NCBI GenBank assembly: GCA_040954595.2
Contig: CM082579.2
Location: forward strand, 3,030,345-3,094,344
DNA: 64,000 nucleotides
Direction of reading: 5' to 3'
Source: Balanoglossus misakiensis
Lineage: Eukaryota > Animalia > Hemichordata
The notes under the pieces were generated by a model. The model ran no database searches and had not been told where the DNA came from. It saw nothing but the letters and a program-made list of their open reading frames with translations. Of the stretch, positions 54,346 through 64,000 are shown piece by piece (the first letter of the stretch is position 1; each line of letters opens with the position of its first letter). The position numbers and the translations under genes are program-made.

Positions 54346-56001
54346 TTAGTGAAGTTCAAAACAATGCATATTGTTTTTAAAAAGAGAATGCTGCACATTG
54401 TTGTAAGTATCGTCTGGATCATCTCGCCGCCGCCTGTAGAATAAATACCTCTCTGGTTTATAGCGAGCGTGTTTCACAGTGACATCAAAGCACAAAGCAA
54501 CGCTCAGCTGGCCAAGCCCATCCACGAAAAATTCTGTGTGACCAACTCGCATGTAATACGGGTCGAATCCTATCCTGCGAACTGACAGGGTTTTAGCCAT
54601 GAAGAAGTTGATGACGACGTCCGACCTGATGCACTGTGGGTAATTCTTCATTTTTCGATGAAAACCTCGGTTTCTGACCAAACAGCTGCCGTTTTCATCG
54701 CCCTGGGAAACGGTCATCGTTTTGAATATGTTCGTGTTTATGATGGTTTTCCCTCTGCGGTTTTCGAACGCGCCGGCGACGATGTCCAGCCCTTCCTCCT
54801 CGTCCTCGAGTTTGTCGACGAATTTCTGGAGATCGGTCCTCTCCGTGAATTCAAAATCGTCGTCAACCCACAAGAAATATTTTGTGCGAACTTGGCTGAG
54901 CGCCAAGTTGCGCCCGGCAAACCACCCTTCAGCGAACGGCATGGTGTAATACTTAACATTGTCGCCATAGACACGAGTATGATTTTCAGAGTCGTCGGCG
55001 ATCACTATGGTAACGTTGGGATAATATTTTCTCACACTGTCGACAAGATTTTGGACACACGGAGGGCGCTCAAATGTCTTCGTGATTATCGTTACCTTGC
55101 TAGCTATGTCGTCATCAGGCCCGGTGTCGTATAAGATGGGCATGACTGGTCTCTTGATCAAAATATTTATTTCAGATGTGAAATTTTCCATGCTCATACG
55201 AACGACGTCCCGTCGTAATATGTCATAGCGGACACTACGGTAATGAATGTGACTGAGCAACGAATTGAACACGTCGGCGTCGCTTTCAGCTCTGGGTGGG
55301 TAAGTAGCTTGCGTGGTGACGGGCAGCCCGATCCTTAAATTGTCCGTGTCGTTCCCGAGTACTTCGGCAGACGTCGGCAACTGATGCGGACGCAGAGCTA
55401 GGAAGACTCTTCCAAGAGCGCCAGCACTCGTGAACCGGATCACAAGTTTGTTGGTGTCACCATGACGATTACTTTCGGACTTCGAGTGATACAGGCACTC
55501 CACGGCAACGGGATGCAAATAGAGAGGCGCGATCAGGACGGTGCCATTCGGCTCGACGACCACCCCACCACCAGGATAACCGAGAGGCGATAAGGCTTTG
55601 CTGTAGACCACGGGTTCTCTTTCCAGATCTTGACGTTTCTTCCACCGCCTGAATTCCTCTTTCCTGCGGCCCAAAGACGCGTTATTGATCGTTCCATACG
55701 TGTCATCCTCGCAAGAACACCCCTTCCCCAACTCCTCCTTGTCCCGTTCCATTTTCACGACTTCCTTGTCGTTCCACAATTCTCGACAAAATTTGCTAAA
55801 CCTATCGTTCACTCTGCTCAGGTTGTCCCCGGCTTGGAGACGATCGACCTCTCCCTGAGTTAAAGTCTTCTTAGTCAACACCTGTTGACGACCACCGCCG
55901 AAGATTCCACCGCGCTTGATTGTAAAAGACCACATATTTAACATTAACGTGCCGGACAAAACTGTCAGGATCACAAAAAAGTATCTTCTCGCCCGCGACA
56001 T
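54346..56001 (-). CDS. Beta-1,4-N-acetylgalactosaminyltransferase-like (B4GALNT1/2 family), single coding exon (~551 aa from the first ATG)
   Basis: Type II membrane N-terminus. Motifs VTIITKTFER, IVIADDS, MPFAEGWFAGRNLALSQVRTKYFLWVDDDF (DxD), VVINFFMA and HTEFFVDGLG. Confidence 0.9.
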   Translation of the reverse strand: MSRARRYFFVILTVLSGTLMLNMWSFTIKRGGIFGGGRQQVLTKKTLTQGEVDRLQAGDNLSRVNDRFSKFCRELWNDKEVVKMERDKEELGKGCSCEDDTYGTINNASLGRRKEEFRRWKKRQDLEREPVVYSKALSPLGYPGGGVVVEPNGTVLIAPLYLHPVAVECLYHSKSESNRHGDTNKLVIRFTSAGALGRVFLALRPHQLPTSAEVLGNDTDNLRIGLPVTTQATYPPRAESDADVFNSLLSHIHYRSVRYDILRRDVVRMSMENFTSEINILIKRPVMPILYDTGPDDDIASKVTIITKTFERPPCVQNLVDSVRKYYPNVTIVIADDSENHTRVYGDNVKYYTMPFAEGWFAGRNLALSQVRTKYFLWVDDDFEFTERTDLQKFVDKLEDEEEGLDIVAGAFENRRGKTIINTNIFKTMTVSQGDENGSCLVRNRGFHRKMKNYPQCIRSDVVINFFMAKTLSVRRIGFDPYYMRVGHTEFFVDGLGQLSVALCFDVTVKHARYKPERYLFYRRRRDDPDDTYNNVQHSLFKNNMHCFELH

Positions 56002-57889
56002 TCTTCGGACGGACAACGTAGCTATCCTCCCTGCGTGAAGTATACGAGTATATGACAGCGGTTAAAAAGGTGGCGCGTCGGCCGCTGACGTCGAAGGATT
56101 CAGAGATGAACTGATGGTCGCTCGGGAAAACTCGTAAAGTCCGTCGCAACAAAAGATGACGTGTGGAATTTATCAAATTCGACCACACTGGCGACCTGGC
56201 AGAGAAACAAGGCAACGCACGATAAGTTGTTAAATGAAAACGCATTAATTCACAGCAGTAACAAAAACAAATTTACCCGTAAAATCAATCATGGAGAGGA
56301 ACGTGAAACACGCCTGCTGCCGAAGCGCATGCGTAATCCGCTGCCATCGTACAAAGCCTGTAATTTGTGCCAAATGTTATTCCTATCAATTCATGCTTTA
56401 TGCACGATCGCATCCAGGATGACATGAAAATCTGACAGGATAAAGCTGTCGCATGTCTCAGTAAATAACCTTCAGGTTCAATTATTTTGGCTAGGATATC
56501 AAGTTAAATGAAAATTCGGATTATTTACATATTGGTAACAACACACAGTTCCACTCTTTAGATTATCAGAAATGTTACAACAACAAAAAGGACGAAGAGG
56601 CATTAATCCCCAAAATAATGTTTTCACAGCGAAGAACACTTGCGTCATTTTAAAACAAATTTGTGGAATACGCTTTTAATACTTTCGGGCTGGTGCACCA
56701 GCTCAGACGATAAAAAAGGGTAATGTTGTCAAACTGCTGTTCTTTATGCTAATCAACAAAGCCAGAGAAAGAAAGGCAAGTATTATTTACAAGCGGTTGA
56801 AACGGTACAAGCGGTTACTGAATACATAGACCTTAGAGAAACACAACCAACTGAACTATTCAAAAAAAGGCGATTCCGCCACAGTAAAATCACAACGGAG
56901 AAATCACGCAAAGATTACCTGAAATTATGCGGTCAAGTCTGTGCAGGATCGAATTCCGGGAGTGTTCCTTACTACCAGAGGACACAAGATAACCGATGAA
57001 AGAAATGAAAGAACTGAAATAAACCGATGCGCCAGATATTGCCTCCAAAATCGGGAAATTTTCAAGCGCGTGAGAGCGTCCAGTAGTCAGACATCTGCTA
57101 TCCACGCTCGGCGACGCAAAGAGGTTCGTGAATCGGTGGGCGCCAGCAGACTACGATTTTTGACCCAAATAACGTCCGCGTCACCCAATCAGAAATGATC
57201 ACGAAGGAGTATTGCAAATTTGCAGAACCAGCATAGTACAACCATTTGCAGCATTTATGGTGGAATTATAATGATGACCTGTAAGCCCTCGTTATTGTCG
57301 TCGATATTCTGTGGGTTACAACATCTGACGCCACATTGTATATTTACAGTGATTTATGCAGCATCGCATATGTAATACGATGAACACAAACATCAGGGAA
57401 AGAATTTCAGAAAAAAATTAGTGTACTCGGCTGTTAGAATATCAATTTCATAGAAGGCATTGCGAGTTGATTTATTTATCATTCACAATATGGTGTAATT
57501 GATGAAAAGTCAACGAAGGAAAAACTCAACCTGTAAGTTCGTACGGAGTCTGAATAACGCGAAAATGAGTGAAGTTATGAGATCAATATGGTTTTAAATT
57601 GTGTATTGTTCCTTCGACCATGGAAAACTCACCGTCCAATATGTTTACATTGTGAGCAACCATGTAGGGCACGAACGTAGAGACAGTAAACCAACCTACG
57701 TATTCCTATATTTGTTCTATTGTTTGGACAAATAGACTATAGCTCTCTATTAAAGATGCAAATATAATATCTATGGAAAGATAGACCTTCGAGCTCGCTC
57801 CCGGCTCCCGAGTCTTCAATGAAAGTGCGCCCCCTGTGCCCGACCCAAAGAGCATGCGCAATGAACTATAGCTTATAGTGTGAAAAAAC

Positions 57890-59216
57890 ATGACTGATGC
57901 AGCAGACAGCCTCGATTTTCTCCAAAAATGTCCGATAGAGCGACTATCCACGGTGAGTGAAATAAATTTCAATGGGGCAGAGACACAAACTGTGCCAAGA
58001 GCAAAATTAGTGTGGCTAAAGCAGCTTACAGGTTGCTGGTCTCATTTCACTAGTATCGTACAGAGGAAAACCCAAACCCGGAAGTAAATGAGGGGAGGCG
58101 TTGTCATGTTCATGATGTTGGGGCGGTTTATGGTCGCGTATCTAGCCGTATTTTGTCAGCTTTGTGAGGTTCGGAAGCAAATCTGAAGAAATACGGCTAG
58201 ATCATACTAGACTAGCCGGTTTTGTCGTTTCTTTCAGTTCTTCCACCAAGTAGTGGATGGGTTATGTGGCCACTCACAGCCTAGATTCCAAGACTATGGC
58301 AAAGTTTGGAGTGTCGAAGAATGGTACACTGTTGTGGACAGGTCGCAGAAGATATTCAAGTCAGCTGTCAAAAGCCATTCATCGACAGAGCAGGTAGTAA
58401 ATGTTAATAGTATTAACATTAATACTTAATACCATAGGATATACTAGTATTCATGACCCTCCTACATGACCTTACAGTTTTCCATTGGTGTCAACGGGAA
58501 TTTCAGCTCATCAAGCAGATCTCAATTTTCCTATTGCAGTTTGCCACATGCATTGAAAGTTTACCGCCAGAGTATCAAAAAATATTGACTGATTGTTACA
58601 ACGTAAGAAGAGATGAAATACGGCGAACACTTCTTGAAGACACAGCAGCTATTTCACAGGCACAACTGAAAGATTTTGACTGGAAATTAGGGGTAAGTCA
58701 TTATAATGTCACCTATTCTCAAAATCAACCCAGAAGCATTGTGAAATGCAAACTTGTTACATGTAGTTGCAGTTATTAGACAGTGTGCTGATATTATTGC
58801 AATGAATAATCCAGCATTTACAATACAATGCAAAATGGTATATTAGAGTGTGGACTGGTATGGTATCGTATGGTACCATACTATGATGTACTATGGTATA
58901 AAACATGGCTTACTTGGCCACTTTTTTTGCATTCGTTCTTTCCAGCTGGCTATGTCTAGCGATAAGCTTGCCAACCTGCAGGAGCCGTTGGTAACGCTAG
59001 ACCTGGATCTACAAAAAGATCAGCAAGGCAAGAAGACGGTTTCCATAGAAATGAATGAAGAAGAGCTGAAGAAGATGATCACAACATTAGAGGCTGCAAA
59101 CAAGGTGAATCATTGATTCAGTGTTATGCCTTCTCATCATTTTGTACCATCACAGAATGTAGAGATAAAAAATCTTCACCATTGTCTTTCAGGCCGTGTT
59201 GCAGCTGAAGTCATAG
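57890..59216 (+). CDS. COMMD8: COMM domain-containing protein 8 (184 aa, 5 exons)
   Basis: Exons 57890-57952, 58238-58393, 58540-58692, 58946-59104 and 59193-59216. Contains DGLCG...FQDYGKVW..EEW, AISQAQLKDFDWKLGLAMSSDKL and LEAANKAVLQLK, matching the COMMD8 pattern. Confidence 0.92.
58141..58201. repeat. Short inverted repeat in COMMD8 intron 1
   Basis: TCTAGCCGTATTT ... AAATACGGCTAGA (13-bp perfect stem). Confidence 0.6.
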
Positions 59217-60304
59217 CGTCAAGTACTACAATCAAACTACCTGTCATTATGAGGAATCCTGCAAACCAGGGTGGAACAGATTGTACCTTATGGCAAGGTT
59301 ATGGACTCAACTGCAGAATCATAATCTTGGAACATTGATCAGACATTTCAGACAGTGCGTCCAAATTACCATTCTGCCAATAGTTGATGTGCAATCAAAA
59401 TGGTTATCTGTAGATATCAACATTTGACTTTTGCATGTAATATATGCCCAAGGAAAGCTGTCATACATTTTGGTACTTTTATCCAAGAGCTTTATGCTTT
59501 GTACCAATTAGCGCAATGTACATGTATAATCAAACATTATTATTAGGAAACATATGTGTGTCTGGACAAGGTTGATGAAGATCAAGACAATGTTTTCAAT
59601 ATTCAAAGTGGATATTGTGTGTATTGAATTCAGAAGGTGTCATAGAATGAATGTAATGTGTGCCACATCCATGACATGTATGTCACTTTCATTTCAAAAC
59701 AAAATCAATCAATTGTACATTATAAGATGAAAGATTTTGAAACAATACCATGTTTGGTCGTAGTTTTGTGGACTGTTACCCCACCCCCACCCCCACCCGC
59801 GCGCAGCCCGCGGTTGAAATGGGGCAGGGAATAAGACCGAGTCTGCAGCACAAAACCAGCTAGACTGAACGTTGAGGGCGCTGTTGGCGAGTGGGGCTAT
59901 GCCACACAAAGGCATACCCAAGGCTAAAAAAGTAAAATAGAGTAAATTGGAACACTGTGTCCATCAAGTTTCGATATTTTCTGACTATAAAAAATATAGG
60001 TTATTTATATATATAACTAGGATTTAGCATAGTACTAGAGATAATTCTAATGATGGCATTCGAGGCCTCCGTTTTAATATGTCCGGGTTATGTCCTGTTG
60101 ACCAGGTTGATAAGTCCGATAACTTGCGTCACGACAATATGAACTCGAAATTTCTGTCGAGAACAACTGTTACTATTGGTACATTACGGCGACCAACAAA
60201 GTTTCGCTCTTTACTGGGCGTGTCCGTCCGTGTCTCTTTCCAGTGTTGTGAGTTACCCCCCCCCCCTTCCCCCTCCCCTTTCACCACTTGCGACTGACAC
60301 CAAA

Positions 60305-63300
60305 CTATTCTAGCATTGTTTGTAGTTCCTTTATGATGTCCTTTACGGTTATCTGTTTGTGACGGGCAACACATCTATCGATCAACATCATAACATTGGC
60401 TGGACAACCAGTCGGTCTTCTCATGCGCAGCGACGATGCCATGGAGCGGCCGCGTTCAACGACTTCACCTCCGTACAAGTTCAGTAACAACTCGCCGATT
60501 TGCTCTATGTCTAAATTGGCAGCCTGGCCATGCAGGACTTCGCACTTTCCTTCGCAAGTGTTAATCTTCGCTCTGCTGTCTTTCGTCATCTGTAATTGAT
60601 GATAATATAAGTGAGGACGTGATATTTATAATAGGGTCGGGATATTAGCATGTACACTCCGACGCAAATTTGCCACCTACCAATATATTGCTGGTTTTAA
60701 GATTGTTGTAAATGAAACCACTGGTGTGAATTGCATCGATCCCACGAGCGACGTCCAACGTTACTTGCAGCCGTTGCCTGGGCGACAAAGAATCCGCGTC
60801 AAGGCGAGCCTCCGCTTTTTCCATGACGATGTGCACGACATCGTTGGCGGGAAGCAGCCAACCAATAACCTTCGTCAGGTAATCGTTCTCTTTGCAGTTC
60901 CTACGTATAGACAAAATGATATGTCAAGGTAAACGATGCTGAATTGAGAAAGAGCTTCCAGCTCGCCGAACGTTATTTGCCTAGTTAGTACATGTAGTTA
61001 GCAAAGCCTGTCCACACGCCAAAGTTACGTGGGTAATGTGAACCATTATATTATACCAGTATATTGATGGTGTAAATCACGCTATTTGATTGGTCGAGAC
61101 ACGACACGTGACCGTGATATATTAGCCATATATCACAGTCATATATCATAGTCAAAGAAAATGCCTTTTTAAAATGTTTTATGCAAAGTTTCAATATACT
61201 GGCATAATATAAAAGCAATAAAACACCCCAAGCCATGGTAAACCACTCGATTTTGACCAGTTCAACTCCATATACGCACTCGCTATCGCTCGTGCGTATA
61301 TGTCGTGAACTGGTTAAAATCTCGTGGTATACCATGGCTGGGGGTGTTTTATTGCTTAAATAAATCATGACGCGGTAAGCATAACTTTATACTTACTAAC
61401 AGCATGATGTCATTAAAAGTATTATATTAGGGGTGAAAGTCTAACGTACGTAACACTTACATAGCACAGTACAAGTTACACAGAGTTTGCTTGAACCAGT
61501 CGTCAGGACTTCCTTCAACCACTCGCACGACAAACTGGTCTGGGTCTGCCGACCCCCACTCCTTTCCCAACCGGTAAACAACGCAGTGTTCTCGGCGAGA
61601 CAGCGGCGTTCCAAGAGTAGGCTCTCCGCTGATGGTTTCAAACTCCAGGGCACGGTTCCGGATTTCAATTTGAGCCAGCTCAAAGATGACCTTTGACCTA
61701 ATGGCGCCCAGGTGTTCCATCTTCTGTTCTTGCACCTGTTGTTTGAGCATCTCGATTTGCTGCAGCGATTCTTGGAATTGGCGGTGGTTTTCTGTCACGG
61801 CGTCGCGACAGGCGCCGACGATACGGTCTGCCACTTCGTCCGTGTTCAGCTTCGATACCAGAACTTTGGCCACTGCAGACTGGTCGACTTTGCGCTTGGC
61901 GTTTTCTTTGTAGATCTCGAGGGCGACGTCGACAATTGGCACGATAGAGTACACCCGCTGCATCTCAGATGATAACGCCAACCTGGCCGCCCTCAACAGC
62001 GAAAATACGAGTCCCGCGAGAGCTTTTCGGGTGGTGTCTCTGCAGAGCGTGGATTCTGCGCCAAAGAACTGGTAAACAGAATCTAAGTTTCTCTTCAGTG
62101 TCGGAGTGTCCAGAACGTCCAGTGTCGCCACAATACTCGGCCAGACTGACGAGGCGAGGTCTTCAAGAATCCCTTCCACGGCCGTCTCAACTTTACGCGA
62201 GACCGTGTTGATGATGAAGTTGCGAATTTCGTGACAGAATGCGTGTAGTTTGAGGAATTTTTTAGTTCGCGGAATCGTCCCACCATATTTATTGGTGACG
62301 TCGCGATGCAGCAGAACACGATCATACGCGATGATTTCCTGTTCCTTGAGTTTTATTTTGGTGATCTCGTCGCTTACAGGCAGCACGGCTTCACGTATGA
62401 CGCCCATTATCTTGTCAGCTGTGCCGTCCACCTCTCGCAGAAGGTCGCTGAATAACCCGTTCTCCGAGCTCCTGGTGGCCTCTAACGCTTTACTCATCTC
62501 TTCGTCTTCTTTCTCTATGCTCTCCTGGCTACCCGAAAATGAACAGTAGCACCTTGAATGACACTCTCGTAAAATTCGCGTCGCAGACAGCACAAGGCTG
62601 TTCAAGTGGTCGCTCAAGAAACTCACCAGACTTCCTCTGAAAGTCTCGAAGTCTCTCAAGAACACGTTGTTTTCGGTGTCCATGTTTGCTTTCTTGGCAT
62701 TGTTTACCTCTCTGGTGGACATCGAGTGGTAGGTCTCTTTGCCGGAGCGGGCATCCAGAAGTGAGAACTCGTGCAGCTGCGCGCGCACATCAGAAGCCTT
62801 CAAGTTGTCAACGTATGGCCCACGTATGGCATCCTCCTCGTCCGATTCGTCGTCACTACCCCTGTCCATAATGCTCGCCCTCCTCCCAGCGTCAACTTTG
62901 TTGCACACGTATATTAGTCGTGCTTCGGGGCACTTGTCTTTGAAAAACTGAATACTGGCTCTATCCTGTAAAATGAAGAAGAAAACTTAGAATTCGTGGC
63001 CAAGTTCTCAAATGGTTGCACTCTCGTGTTATGCCCCTGATCTATGAGAAAATTTACGAATTAGGAATCAAATAACTTCGCAAGTTCTTGTGTACTACCT
63101 TCTCGAACCGATGGTCAAATACTGCACTTTTCATATAAATATAGCCATTGCAGTGTCTATGTGTGCTTTAACCTGCTGATCTACATGATTGTAATGTTAA
63201 CTTACCGTCGGCCTCAGACTATTATTACCATCAATGACGTAAATTAAGACTGGCAAGTTTCTTTCTAGAGCAAATCTGTCGACAACCTGGTCTAATATCT

Positions 63301-63817
63301 TATTCTCACTTCTGCCGGGTGAGTCGACGATCTGAACCCCGCACTGCAAAAAGGGGTGGTTCACTCCGACTTCTACAATTTGGCTGACCAGTTCTTCATT
63401 CTCCCGGTCTTCGCTCTTCAGGACCACTAACTGCCTTAAACTCTCCGAGCTTGTCTGCGTAGAGCCGTCGGCGTCGACGAGACGGTTGTACGGCTCTTCC
63501 GAGTATTTGATGCAAACGACGCGTGAGGTGCATGTTCTGTCGGACACCGGAACGACTCGGCGGTCGGTACTCAACAGCGCATTGATCAGTGAACTCTTGC
63601 CGCAGTTCCGCTCGCCAATAACAGCGACAACGGACATCTGTTCGAGCAGATCCTTGATTTCTGCTTCTTCGGTCTGGCTGATGAGCTTGGCTGCGACAGG
63701 CGCGCTCAGTAGTCGTTCGATCTCCCTCTCCAAGTCTGCAGTGCTGCTTATGAGTTCGTAGATTTTTCGTGTCTTTTCCTTGTGGCCGAGAAACGTTTTG
63801 TCCACTACGGCGGCCAT
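60305..63817 (-). CDS. Dynamin-like GTPase-helical region-degenerate kinase fusion (DSTYK-like; ~873 aa, 4 exons)
   Basis: Exons 63817-63206, 62965-61461, 60900-60681 and 60589-60305 splice in frame. G1 GERNCGKSS, G2 CTS, G3 DSPG, G4 NKVD. C-terminal kinase-like segment HIVMEKA...LDVARGIDAIHTSGFIYNNLKTSNIL. Confidence 0.8.
61047..61357. mobile_element. Double-hairpin non-autonomous element in an intron of the GTPase-pseudokinase gene
   Basis: Stem A: TATATTATACCAGTATATTGA (61047-61067) with TCAATATACTGGCATAATATA (61191-61211). Stem B: a near-perfect ~145-nt palindrome at 61213-61357 (AAGCAATAAAACACCCC...GGGGTGTTTTATTGCTT). Confidence 0.75.
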
Positions 63818-64000
63818 GTTGATTGTACCAACCGTCCAGGTTCGACAGTGAGGCCTATTTCACCAGGATGTTATCGTGTGGGGCAATGAAAATACGCGGA
63901 AATGTAAATAAAAGTTCTCAGGGGGTGCTACGTCGTTATTTATCAAATTAAAAATAGCTTCAGCGTCTACAATTGGAGCAAGGAAATATTAGTATGAACC

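Noticed and set aside
54658-55134. 158-aa plus-strand ORF
   Set aside because: Antisense to the B4GALNT-like CDS.

Overview
Gene-dense, AT-rich, intron-containing animal genomic DNA. The gene content suggests a marine invertebrate deuterostome, possibly a hemichordate; this is inference. Twelve protein-coding genes could be assembled by hand from GT/GC-AG splice sites, and all read through in frame: an ASIC/DEG-ENaC channel (+), ALG11 (-), a short ATP7-type Cu-ATPase with one metal-binding domain (-), an intronless COQ2 (-), a long ATP7 with nine metal-binding domains (+), TTC29 (+), SQSTM1/p62 (-), SREBP (+) carrying an intronic miR-33 hairpin, an uncharacterised secreted/GPI-type protein with two repeats resembling bacterial VirK (+), an intronless B4GALNT1-like glycosyltransferase (-), COMMD8 (+) and a dynamin-like GTPase-pseudokinase fusion (DSTYK-like, -). 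Several non-autonomous DNA transposons and palindromic elements are also present. The most unusual items are the divergent 9-MBD/1-MBD ATP7 pair flanking COQ2, the tandem VirK-like protein and the GTPase-pseudokinase. Exon coordinates were read manually and may be off by a few bases. No database searches were run.
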